From: Trichoplax adhaerens
Taxonomy: Eukaryota; Animalia; Placozoa
Reading direction: 5' to 3'
Assembly (NCBI RefSeq): GCF_000150275.1
Contig: NW_002060947.1
Span: 4,144,335-4,208,334, forward strand
DNA length: 64,000 bases
The notes beneath the pieces are model-generated. The model was not told where the DNA came from. It saw nothing but the letters and a program-made list of their open reading frames with translations, and did not search any database. Both the position numbers and the translations under genes were made by a program. This document shows, one piece after another, positions 42,723 through 60,427 of this stretch (position 1 is its first letter; the number at the start of each line of letters is the position of its first letter).

Positions 42723-43745
42723 ATCTACTTTTCTCAGCTGATTACAGCAAATATTGGACCATATATATATATACATATTATACAGTAGCGTTAATAAGTA
42801 AGCTGATCTAACTTGTAGGTTTAATTTTAGCTGCACAATACAAATTGTTGAATCATTCCTGATATTAGTCGTTTTTTATTGTGAGCAAAATATTGTATTG
42901 CATTATAAAATTGAACACCCAATATATGTTCTCATCGAATGCCTAGCATACCGTTATAAAAGTATATTGTAGCTTATAGTATTCTTTTTACCAATGCAAG
43001 TAGCAGCAATATGAATAGAAACTTGCTGTTCTTTCTATTGATTATATTATATTACTGTATACTGTATTATCACCTGTATTTCATGATTTAAAAGTAGAAA
43101 ACAAGCCAAATTATATGTTACATATGCATGAAGGCAACCGTTGAGAGTGCAAATTGGCAATAACAGCTTTAACATTAATTATTTCCAAGATATAGCATGC
43201 AATATTGCGGCAGTATCCTCTCTTGCATATATATAGCTTGGCCATCATGATGGATTGCCAGCTATTCATGGTGCAAAGTATTGCTAGTCTATCAAGCTCT
43301 TTTGACATTGTAGTTTCCATCTTGACAAGATCAGCTAATTTAGCATGTGCTATACAGTCTTGTAGGTCTACCTAGCATATTTTGATGGACTTTAGTCTAC
43401 TTTGCAGTGGAGAATAATTCTACTATCGATTTTGAACTGGTTTGAGATGGTTTTCGTTAGCAACGCCACTTTAACTTGCTACTTCGATACGCCGTTACTG
43501 CCCATCAAATACAGGTATTGACTGGATATGTAACGAGTCCATGAGTATAGATACCTTTTGCAAATGACTCCATGACATCCTTATATCATCCTCCGTTCAA
43601 TAGGCTACAGTATAGTTTTACCATCAGCCACACCTATGCTCAAGCCAAGCCTTAGATACTGATCCGATGCGTTAGTCTGTTGACCATTTTAACTCCATCT
43701 CCAAACTACCGCTCTCCTATTGCTGGTAGCAGAAAAAGAAAAACC

Positions 43746-46700
43746 ATGAGCGCCATCTTAAGATCAAGAATATTTCCATCGTGGGCGAAAGTCCTTCATG
43801 TATCTCGTCCTACCCATCGCTACAGAGAATTAGGGCAAGGATGGCAATTACTATGCAAACAGGGCTATGCCGTTCAGGTTAGTAATAACATAGACAAGAA
43901 ATGTTTGGATGTAACTTGGGAAGATGGAGTAACAACAAATTATCCTCATATTTATTTACGCGATCATTGCCGTTGTCCATCTTGCTATGATCCACAAACC
44001 AAATCGCGTGCTCTCTTTAATTGTGTCTACAATTCGTATATCGATTGTATTGCACAAGATGCAAATGTATCAGAAAATGAGAAAATCATCCAAGTCGATT
44101 GGAAAGATGATAATGAGCATCCTGTTAGTCGTTTCCCGCTCGATTGGTTAAGAGCTCATCGCTTCTCCAATGATAACGAACTTAAAACGATGAACCAAGT
44201 CTACATTCAAGATCGGCATACATGGGGTAAAGAAATGAAAGACAACATACCTATTTTCGATTATCAAGAGTTACATGAAAATGATCAAACATTATATCGT
44301 TGGCTGAAACATTTAACTACCATTGGATTAACCATTGTCAGGAATACTCCACAAGAAGTGGGTCAAGTTACTAAATTGATTGCAAGAGTGGGTTATAATC
44401 GTACAACAAATTATGGGTACGTTCAGTAATTGAATAGAAAACATAGTTATCTTTACACAAAGTAACGCTAATTTACACTAGTTTACCAATGGTATACTGA
44501 TGTATATATGGGTTAGTAGGAGATTGAGAATTCAAATATCCTTTACTACATTAGGCTATCATTATGTTTATTCTCATTATACGAGTAAAGTATATCATTC
44601 GTTACCATCGATCAACTTTATTGTGGGTAACTTCAGCTGTTGATTCAAGCAGTTTTGATCAGGATCTTGATTACTTGTAGAAAGACTATAATTATTGATA
44701 TTAAGTTTTGCCAATTCAATATTGTACCTATCGGAGGGCTAGTAAAGGATTCTGAAGCAGATATCCTTCTTTACCATAGGGTAACCGTTAATTCACGTTC
44801 TCATCATAATCGATCGGCACTTTTGTGGATTTTATTCGGTTATTTATTTCAACCGATTCCATCCACATACGCGTATTTCACTTGTAAAAACGTTATTCAT
44901 ACTAACATAGTTTAGTAAATATGAAATATTCAGATTAGGGTGATAGTAGGTCTCGCTACAGATATCCTCTTTACATTAAGCTGTTACTCGCATAAATTGT
45001 GAGTAAATTCAGCTACTTGTTCCAGCATATTCGATCAACATCTCTCAATTGTGTAAGGATTACTATTAACCTTACACTAACTTAGTTACTAGTACGCGTA
45101 TGCTTCAGTTTGTTCAGTCATGGAATCTAAAGTATTTACAAATAGAGTTCAACTTTATACATACGATATCCCGATAGAAATGGATAGATTACAAAGTTGA
45201 AATGAATGATTTCTATACATTTTATGCGTTCAATATGATGCAAAGTACTGCTTAGTAAATATCACCCAATTCGTATTATAAAGTTTATCGTTATAAAGTG
45301 AATGATAAATTGTAGCTTCCTCATGTTGTTCAAAAGCAAGGTTACAACATTAAGTTATGTCAAAAGAATAATGAAATAGTACTGTAGCTATCATTTCGAC
45401 TTCGATAATATACACTATGCATATGGTTTAATGACAGGGCCTAAGCAGTTATATTAAATAGCTAGTTATTTTTAATGATTTTATCAATACTTGGATCAAT
45501 ACTTTCCTCATTTATATCTTATATAGTAGCATGAAATTAGCATTGAAACTGAAAAATTATTTCAAAAACTTTATACATACAACCTTTATTTGAGATCGTA
45601 ATGTTTGGCTTCATTAATATTGAAAATATGTCATTAAGATCGGCATCGACGTTAACTCATAGCATGGACTTCTGGAATCCCAGGGGATCTAGAGGTTCAT
45701 AACTTAGAGCACTTGACGACGCAATAAAACTCTCCATATTTAAAAATCGTTCGATCTAGTATTTTCCATTTAACAGTTATTATATACGTAAATTGATTTG
45801 AGTTGATACTAATCCTCAACATTTATATTCGTGACGATCAGGCCAACTTTTCAAGTCAAGAGTAAAACAGATGCTAGCAATTTAGCCTACACTACTGGCG
45901 GCTTAGGAATGCATACCGATTTGACTTACTTTAACTATATCCCTGGCGTAAGTAAATTGAATTAAGTCTATCAAACTATATGATATCATATGCAACTGCC
46001 TTAGATTGTAGAACTGTTGTCAAGAATATAAGGAAACTTTATATTTTATGTCATTGCGATAAATCAGCTAAAAGATTACGATAGTTTCGTGTTATTGACG
46101 ATATGATTCTATATATAGATTCAATTTTTGCATTGTATTAAACGTGCCGGTGAAGGAGGTGAAAATCAACTTGTTGATGGCTTTAAAGTTGCTGAGGAAC
46201 TTCGAGATAATGAACCTGAAGCTTTTAAAATGCTTTCTAAATACCCAATTCAGTATTTTGATATTGGTAAAGACTTTGTCGATTTTCATCAACTCGCTCA
46301 ACATACGATTATTCAGTAAGTTTGCCGTAATTACCTACAGTCATTAGCCAAAGCTATTCTTGATTTTAGGAGAAACTCGTGATATTAATAGATTAGTGAA
46401 TGACGATCATTGATTACATATAACATGAGTTGATATCGATAGAAAAAGAATAATAAATGCCGGTTTGCAGTTATCAACTATTATTTTAATCGTACTGTAT
46501 ATTTCTACTTTTATTTTCAGATTACATTCAAATGGTTCTATAGCTCGAATCTGTTATTCAGATCATGCAAGAAGTCCTAATTTAGCTGTACCACAAGATA
46601 AAGTTATGCCATTTTACGATGCCATGGGTACTTTCTTGAAGTATGTATACGATCCAAAGTATATGGTTAATGTTACTTTGGATTCCGGCGATATAGCAGT

Positions 46701-46863
46701 ATTCGATAACTATAGGGTCATGCATGGAAGGTCCCCATTTTCTCTCGCTCCAAATAGTCTACGACATTTAGAAGGTGGCTATGTCGACTGGGATGAGGCT
46801 GCATCACGTTTGCGCGTGCTAGAAGAGAAATATAATATCGATCATTTCACTGGAATTGCTTAA
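43746..46863 (+). CDS. BBOX1: Gamma-butyrobetaine dioxygenase-like Fe(II)/2-oxoglutarate oxygenase, 4 exons, ~438 aa
   Basis: Exons 43746-44416, 45842-45947, 46119-46315, 46521-46863 (1317 nt, in frame). Zn-binding LRDHCRCPSC...H, NLAYTTGGLGMHTD (HxD), PGIQFLHCIK, LVDGF, FDNYRVMHGR, RHLEGGYVDWD. Closer to BBOX1 than to TMLHE by recalled motifs; strict orthology not shown. Confidence 0.85.
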
Positions 46864-48227
46864 ATCAATTACGAAAAATGGCGGATTTTATGAAATGGAT
46901 CATTCTTTGATACTGACTAATACATAATAATTTGTTTACTGCTACTTTGTACCTGCAAATATTTCATAAAGTATTTTATGTTCTTATGCAAGAGTTTAGG
47001 GCGTAATATATTTTACTGTACTTCCATAGACTTTGTCGCTACTGGTACTAATTGCTACGCAATGTAGGATAGATAGATTTTAATGCACTTCGGTAATACG
47101 AGATATTTTATCCGAAAGTCAATTTAAAAATGAATTATTTGTGCGAGGTATCATTCAACGCGTATTTTATAAGTTTTGCAGTAATATTTAGATTTGATGA
47201 AGCGATAGTTACTATTGCATGTATAAAATAGTGTAAACTGGTTATAAAAATGTTAAAATATTATTTATACATGACTACTAGATGTACTGTAATTTAGTAG
47301 TCCATGATTTATGGTTATCAATGCTGCATAATTAGTTTAGGCTACCTAGATTTTTCTCCTATTACGCCTGGCTTGGCATGATAATGACGTTAGATCTACT
47401 CCCATTTTAGGTATAATTAATTCCGTAATATCTGTAGTCATTCAATCGCACGTATTGCTTAATAACTCTTATTGTGTTATTTTAATCTAATAAATGATCA
47501 ATTGATAAAATTGGCAAACTTTTGCTTGAAATAACCCTTAACACGTAGGTCACTCTGATTTACTAGAATAATATGGAAATTCACTATGCATGGATATACA
47601 ACGATACGATGACTTGGTCAATGAATGAATAGACTTATGCAATAGTAAATGAACTTATAACACACAGTACAGCAAATAACCGACCGAAACCAAATTAATG
47701 CTAAGATATTTGCCATGTATTAAAATCTACTGGTTCAGTCAACACGCACAGAGATATCGCACCAACAGTTTTAACTTCAAAACTGTTCGTCAACAACATA
47801 TCTTACTTTCTTACTTTAATAGGGTGAAACTGATTTAGAAATGAAATAATTACACAAATTTACATTTATTTTATTTCTTGGCTAGTATATATTGACATGC
47901 AATTAAAATGCATCATGGCGTTATTTGGTCAATTTTTAACTCTTAATCAAAGTTTATACAATTGCGCTACGTAATAGAATTTGCTGTATCGCTTCTTTTT
48001 ATTACCATGATAATGGTGCAGTAACATATATATGGTTTGGATCTCCGTAATTCAGGACTGTACTGAGAAAATATCAAATCTGGTATATCTTTCAAGCACA
48101 AATAATAACAATAATGTTGCTATCTAGATAGTATGCTCATTAAAAATAAGATTCGATATTACAATAATATTAATAATAGTAATTCTTGAAGTCATCATAA
48201 ATCGCATTTTCCAAAAATATAATTTCA

Positions 48228-53826
<5,599 letters not shown>

Positions 53827-53983
53827 AGCGAAATAGAAAGTTTTGATGTCGTCTTACTGGTGGTGGCAGACTTGGGGTTACTTGGAATAGTACCAAGATG
53901 ACCGGGGTTTAAGATCCAATTATTTTACTGTGGCCAATGAAGAGAACCAGATAATTTCGTGGTAGTGAATTTTTTCAAGAGTA

Positions 53984-53993
53984 TTGACGTCAA
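53984..53993. promoter_or_regulatory. Palindromic CRE (TTGACGTCAA) upstream of SMARCAD1
   Basis: Read directly; ~160 bp upstream of the ATG at 53826, near CCAAT motifs at ~53916 and ~53933. Confidence 0.5.
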
Positions 53994-54269
53994 GCTGTTA
54001 GGAATCTACGCCAGTGTTTGTAAACGTATAAGAAAAATTAAGGCCAGGTGAATAATTCATTTTAGGTAAATGAATAATCTACGGTACTAACTTTAACTGA
54101 ATTGATAAATATTTTTCTTGTAAATAAATAAATATAAGAATGAGAGAATTTAGCAACTTTAGCTCCTTCTAGGTGTAGTGTGAATTCGTTCTCGATACCA
54201 AATGAACTGCTTTTATAGTAGAATATTAAAAAAATGGATTTAAAATTAAATATTGCTATGAACGAGTGA

Positions 54270-55005
54270 AAATGATGACTGTGATTGGCTGTAAACTTTG
54301 ACTCACTTTTTCACACGTTATTTTTGTAAAGTCATACGATATTACTTGTAATTTATCGAGCTATTAGGCATGGATACGATTATTCTCCAGTAACTAAAAA
54401 TTGATACAATTTGTTTGAAATTGAATATCACGGAGGACAAGTAAAATTTAAGAGAGTGATTGGCTGCAAAGCTGTGACTTATTATTATTTTTGTAAGTTC
54501 TACATGCCAACTCTGTACTGGTTATACTTTAGTCTGTCGTCTACCAAGCTATTAAGGCATAGATTCCATTTTTTCAAGTAACTAAAAACTTACACAATTT
54601 TTAACGACTACTAGCTGCTCCATGACCTTTGTTGTAGTAGTAGTAGTAGTAGAATAATTTGTATAGAGGAATATTAGAGGTATCTCAAATTAAATATTCT
54701 CGTTTACAAGAGAAATTTAAGAGTGTGAGGTGCGAGTCATTTTCTATGCAAGTTCTACTTGCAAAGTCAGCGACAGTCTCTGTACTTCTCATGCTCTAGT
54801 CTGCAGTCTACCAACTAAAATTGTACACAATTTTGAACGACTTAAAGAGTGTGCCTGAATACAAAGGTGTGAGTCATTTTCTATGCAAGTTCTACTTGCA
54901 AAGTCAGCGACAATCTCTGTGCTTCTCATGCTCTGGTCTGCAGTCTACCAACTAAAATTGTGCACAATTTTTAACGACTACTAGCTGCTCCATGACCTTT
55001 GTTGC

Positions 55006-55040
<35 letters not shown>

Positions 55041-55545
55041 AATAATTTGTATAGAGGAATATTAGAGGTATCTCAAATTAAATATTCTCGTTTATAAATG
55101 AAATTTAAGAGTGTGAGGTGTGAGTCATTTTCTATGCAAGTTCTACTTGCAAAGTCAGCGATAATTTCTGTGCTTCTCATACTCTGGTCTGCAGTCTACC
55201 AACTAAAATTGTGCATAATTTTGAACGACTACTAGCTACTCCATTGCCTTTACAGTAGAACAATTTGTATAGGAAAATATTCAAAAAATTTCTTTGAAAT
55301 CAATAGTAACTATCGTCGTAGATAAGTGAAATTTAAAGAGTGTGCGCTGAGGCTTATTTCCTTACAAGTTCAACTTGCAAAGTTGTGCAATATGACTTGT
55401 AATATACCGAGCTATTAGTCATAGATTTCATTTTTCCTCTAGCAACTAAAAGTTTACGCAATTTGAACAAACACTAGTAGTTCCATTGCCTTCATAGCAG
55501 AATTATTGGTACAAGAGAATAATAGAAACATTCTTTGAAATGAAA
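54270..55545. repeat. Tandem repeat family A: variable-length units with internal palindromes and a (GTA)n microsatellite
   Basis: gagtcattttctatgcaagttctacttgcaaagtcagcga...gtctgcagtctaccaactaaaattgt(a/g)ca(c/t)aatttt at ~54734, ~54871 and ~55122, with diverged copies at both ends. (GTA)n tracts at ~54634-54652 and ~55007-55040. Confidence 0.9.
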
Positions 55546-56460
55546 TATTTCCCTAAAGGTGGCAAGACTTGGACTGAAAACAAGTTGAAAATAATTTTGC
55601 TCTTAACAGTAATTAGCAAAGCCATTGCATGTTATCGATAGTCTACTGAGTATACTTTTCGTTAAAGATTGAACTTTCTTTGAAGAATTCAAAGTCAAGG
55701 CAATTCCTTAAGAGTACTAATGTATTTTTTTAGACTAGAATGGCTATCACTTTCGCAATATTTCCCTAAAGGTGGCAAGACTTTGACTGAAAGCAAGTTC
55801 AAAATAATTTCCCTTTTGACAGTAAATTAGCAAAGCCACTGCATGTTATCGATCGTCTACTGAGTATACTACTCGTTGTAGATTGAATTTTCTTTGAAGA
55901 ATTCAAAGTCAAGGCAATTTTTTAAGAGTACTACTGTATTTTTTTAGACTAGAATGGCTATCATTTTTCTGAAATGAAATTTTTCCCTAAAGATGCTTGG
56001 CACTTTGACTGAAAGCACGTTGAAAATAATTTCGCTCTTGACAGTAAATTAGCAAAGCCATTGCATGCTATCGATAGTCTACTGAGTATACCATTGGTTG
56101 TAGATTGAATTTTCTTTGAAGAATTCAAAGGCAAGACAATTTTTGAAGAGTACTAATAGATTTTTAGACTGGAAAGGCTATCATTTTCTTTGAAATGAAA
56201 TATTTTCCTATAGTCTACTGAGTATACTATTGGTTGTAGATTGAATTTTCTTTGAAGAATTCAAAGGCAAGACAATTTTTGAAGAGTACTAATAGATTTT
56301 TAGACTAGAAATGGCTATCATTTTCTTTGAAATGAAATATTTTCCTATAGTCTACTGAGTATACTATTGGTTGTAGATTGAATTTTCTTTGAAGAATTCA
56401 AAGCCAAGACAATTTTTGAAGAGTATTAATGCATTTTTAGACTAGAAATGGCCATCACTT
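55533..56460. repeat. Tandem repeat family B: three ~215-bp units followed by two internally deleted ~136-bp units
   Basis: (a/c)gtctactgagtatac...agattgaa(c/t)tttctttgaagaattcaaag...agagta...tttttagact(a/g)ga...ggc(t/c)atca occurs five times. The ccctaaag...agcaaagcca...atcgat half is present only in the first three units. Confidence 0.92.
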
Positions 56461-56815
56461 ACCGCTGGCGCCAATAGAAAGCTTTTCCCCTTTTTGAGGG
56501 CTGTGTGTACATTCCATAGGGTTTATAATCATGAGCGTAATCAGGAGTCTATGGTAACCTATTTACTATGTAAGCAGGCGCAGCGGAGGATATTGGGCGA
56601 GTACCAACACATCACCGACACCATTGTCGATGGTGGGGCATATTGACCGTATTACATGTTCTGCGCTGCAGTCATTTCGATGCACAGACTTGTCTATTCA
56701 TACTGAAAGCACTCATGGCGAGCACTACTTGCGACTGTCTAGCGTGAGGTAAATACGGGTTGTGCGTGTTAACACGAGGGGGGGGGGGGGTTTGAATGAC
56801 TTTCCCGCGCCATTT
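56461..56815. other. GC-rich, CpG-containing island with hairpins, a G13 run and an E2F-like site; function unknown
   Basis: Visibly higher G+C than the flanks. Hairpin 56610-56635, palindrome CGTGTTAACACG 56765-56776, G13 56778-56790, TTTCCCGCGC 56801-56810. Confidence 0.5.
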
Positions 56816-56831
56816 TAAAAAATTTTCTTAT

Positions 56832-57758
56832 TATATCTAGATAGAATTTTAATTCTAAGTCAAGAATATGCAGACAAGAGAGTAATAACTTCAAATTGAA
56901 TTTATTTCGTCTTTTTGTCACTAATTGACTGCTTACTAGGCAAGATTTTATCCAACTTTGACGATGTTTACTCTTTTGAAATCATTTTGGCATACAGCCA
57001 TTTCTTGTCTATCAGCTCTTTCCGTCCTAGTAACAGCCTTGACAACTTTAGGGCGCCGGATATTGAGTGTCTGTTGGATTATACAAGTAATAGCTTTCGT
57101 AAACGTAGAATCCAATTCATTCTTGTACTAGTTAGTAAACGTATAATTGAATTCATTCTTATACTATGGATATATATACCATTGATATAACAACTACATC
57201 ATGTAACAATTGCATTTATTGCAATTTAATGTATGCTAGTAATAGAGCTTGTTCAGTTTTGCAGAGCGAAAACAACAAAGTCAACTCTCTTCCAGATATA
57301 TATCTAGATAGAATTTTAATTCTAAGTCAAGAATATGCAGACAAGAGAGTAATAACTTCAAATTGAATTTATTTCGTCTTTTTGTCACTAATTGACTGCT
57401 TACTAGGCAAGATTTTATCCAACTTTGACGATGTTTACTCTTTTGAAATCATTTTGGCATACAGCCATTTCTTGTCTATCAGCTCTTTCCGTCCTAGTAA
57501 CAGCCTTGACAACTGTAGGGCGCCGGATATTGAGTGTCTGTTGGATTATACAAGTAATTGCTTTCGTAAACGTAGAATCCAATTCATTCTTGTACTAGTA
57601 AACGTATAATTGAATTCATTCTTATACTATGGATATATATACCATTGATATAACAACTACATCATGTAACAATTGGATTTATTGCAATTTAATGTATGCT
57701 AGTAATAGAGCTTGTTCAGTTTTGCTGAGCGAAAACAACAAAGTCAACTCTCTTCCAG
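56832..57758. repeat. Near-identical direct tandem duplication, period 467 bp
   Basis: Copy 1 56832-57295, copy 2 57299-57758. They differ by a 4-bp indel (gtactagttagtaaac vs gtactagtaaac) and about four substitutions. The ORF track shows the duplicated spurious ORFs. Confidence 0.97.
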
Positions 57759-58519
57759 TAAGGGAAAAATTCAATCGTTCCTTTTTCAAATACTTTAAAC
57801 TCAATTCTTGCAAGAGTAGTACAGTATATTATTATCGTTATTAGGCAACGAGACAAGTATATCAATACATAATTACGTTGAAAGTGCTTCTAACCTAATA
57901 CGACTTAGAGACTAATAACCGAATGCGAGGCTACTTGTAGGCAGAATACCTGGAATATTGATTGATAATTATACAGTATAATGAATACTTCTAAATGAAT
58001 GATTGAAATTCGTATCGTAATGAACACCAACTGTTAAAAAGAATCGATTCAAAGCACCTTTTTTTGTCTGTTTTGTGTAATTTTATTGAAGAAATGCAAA
58101 AAAGAACAATTTTAGAGGCCAGAATAGACTCTCTGAAAGTAGCAGGTTCACCTTTCCTATATATTATTCAGACCCCAAACAGTATCGTATATCATTTCAA
58201 GAGTAACATAGTGCATCACAAGCACATGCACATGCATGGTAATAATTAATTGAGCTTTACTCTTAATTTATACTCCATTATCACGATTCGGTTATATATA
58301 TCGTCTATCTAGAAAGATGTAAAAGTTACTATGGGAATATAAATTTATTTCACGAACAAGAAATAGCAATTAGTGCAACTTTGGAAGTAAAATCTCGTAC
58401 ATTATTGTCCTATTCAATACATGTGATGATGAACACATACTATTTAAACAGCGTCAAGAATTAGTTAGGCCAAACTCGAAATATCTACCATGAACCGTAA
58501 AGGAAAATTAACAATTTCA

Positions 58520-60427
58520 TTACTTTGCAAATATAAACCCCAAACCAGTTATACCACAGTTACTTCTACCAGCTACACCAATCAAAGTTCCTTTTCCAAT
58601 TAAGATATCCGATTTCCTGGAAGCTAAATTATTAATGCCGACATCAAAAACTTCTTCGCCTTCAGTATAAATTCTAACATGGGTAACGTAATGATCATCA
58701 TTTAAGGAAATAGTCAGGTTTGTGATAATCTTTTCTCCTTTATTAGTAAAGAAGGTTTTAGTCAGGGTTAAATTGTCCATGAAACCGATAGTCTTGATCA
58801 AGCCATTGATAAATTGAACTTGGAGATGTTTAATAATGGGTAGACCGTCGAAAGCATAGCGAAAGGTAATAGACTCGATGGGATTATTTGCTGTGGATAT
58901 AAAGAGGAACAAGTCGCCTTTATCACCACCATATACAACAGGAAACGTTGCATGGTCTTCTTGCACTGTCAATGATTGAATTAGAGAAGTAGCGCAATTA
59001 AATAAAATTGCTATCCTGACAAATACTTTGTGAATTATATGGACTATTGGGCTACAATCTAATCGATCTAGCACAAATACAGACATTTTTAATGTAACAC
59101 AAAGTTAGAACAAATCAGATAGGGTATTCGCTAAATAGGATGGTTTAGCTCTCCAATACGAACTAAGGCTAACGATCGTAAAAAGCCCACAATATTACTT
59201 CATACTTTTAAAATTCGTCAAGCTTATAGAATATTATTTTATCTCACCGCATAAGTAATCTGCTATATCACAGTATTCCCATCTTTTAAAAGTCGATTTA
59301 GTGTAGCACCAAGGTGTGATAGCATTTAGGGTTGGATTACGGCAGTAATTTGCCTCAAGGCCACTTTGAGGATTATTTCCTGGTGTATAAGTATGCGCAT
59401 GAGGTATTTGGCTGGACCATTTTTGGCACAATAATCCACTTTTTGTAATCCTCTGCGAGCCCCGATAATATTCTCCAACGCTCTTTTTGAGGCAATCTAG
59501 AAGTCAAATATCGATAATCGTATACTGTAAGCTATACACTTAGATTTCGTTTATCTGCAAGATGAATTCTCAAGGCAAAAATTAACGTACAATTTTATGT
59601 TTATTTCCTTTTACAGTCATACGCTTAAGTTACATGTTGCTACTGTATTGAGGATACTTTATATGCTCATTAGAATACTGATTTTAAACTTAATATGGTA
59701 TTCAAAAATTCATGCAGAATTTTTGAATTTGAAACTAAGGTACCGGTAGCAAAGATTGAGTCACTATAAATTATTTATAAGACTATACAACGTCGCCTAA
59801 ATTTCTTACTGCATCGGCGGATATCACAAAACATCCAACGTATTTGAGGATCGGTGGTATAACACCAAGGTCCTGCACTGCCACTTGGGTTGCGACAGTA
59901 GTTAGAATCTTCTAATCCTTCACTAGGATAATCTAGCGGTATGTAATCGTGTTTATGCGGCTTTTGAGAAGTCCAGTTTTGACATAAAATTCCTGATGCG
60001 GTCTTGCTTACATTTCCGCGATAATCGCTCCCGCGACTGATATAACATTCATCTAGCGTACGAAAAGGCAATGCGTGCAAATACATACAATGCGGTGGAA
60101 TTAGTTCTAACAAATTTTCAAACACCTACAAATCAATACAAAATTTTCCGTACCTGCCAAATCCGATTGGTCCTATTCCGGTTAGCGTTAGAAATATTAT
60201 CGTTTTCAGTGACAGAAGTATTTAAGGTTAGATTATGACTTGACTAAAGCTCAATATCGTAAGACGTGCATTTATGAAATGTACTATGCAAAATCAAGTT
60301 TAATGGCATGTACATAACGTAGAATATATAATTAAAGAAACTTATATACTTGCAAAAATATGTTATCGGACTGCACTCTTGACGTAGACAATGCCGCAGC
60401 GAATAATATTAGTAACGCAAATTTCAT
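58520..60427 (-). CDS. Secreted protein: signal peptide + 2 kringle domains + jacalin-like (beta-prism) lectin domain, 5 exons, ~344 aa
   Basis: Exons 60427-60350 (MKFALLILFAAALSTSRVQS...), 60172-60154 (19 nt), 60052-59810 (kringle 1: CYISRGSDYRG...NYCRNP...PWCYT...C), 59496-59248 (kringle 2), 58965-58520 (YGGDKGDLF...GTLIGVAGRS...LGFIF). 1035 nt, phases consistent. Kringles are certain; the jacalin call rests on motif recognition. Confidence 0.8.

Noticed and set aside
41287-43320. Short ORFs between ASCC3 and the BBOX gene
   Set aside because: Mostly non-ATG starts, AT-biased composition, no recognisable domain and no consistent splice chain.
54270-56460. Repeat arrays with palindromes as a possible CRISPR array
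   Set aside because: Eukaryotic context, units of 130-260 bp, no unique spacers and no cas genes.
56510-56530. TAGGGTTTA as a possible telomerase RNA template within the GC island
   Set aside because: It would template plant-type TTTAGGG rather than animal TTAGGG, the match is short, and no other telomerase RNA element was recognised.
56915-57844. Duplicated plus-strand ORFs (MSLIDCLL..., MDIYTIDI...)
   Set aside because: By-products of the 467-bp duplication, short and without recognisable homology.
60053-60125. N-terminal extension MFENLLELIPPHCMYL of the kringle ORF in the ORF track
   Set aside because: Better explained as intron read-through; using it as an exon would need a 28-nt intron, whereas the 19-nt micro-exon model fits phases and has a branch point.
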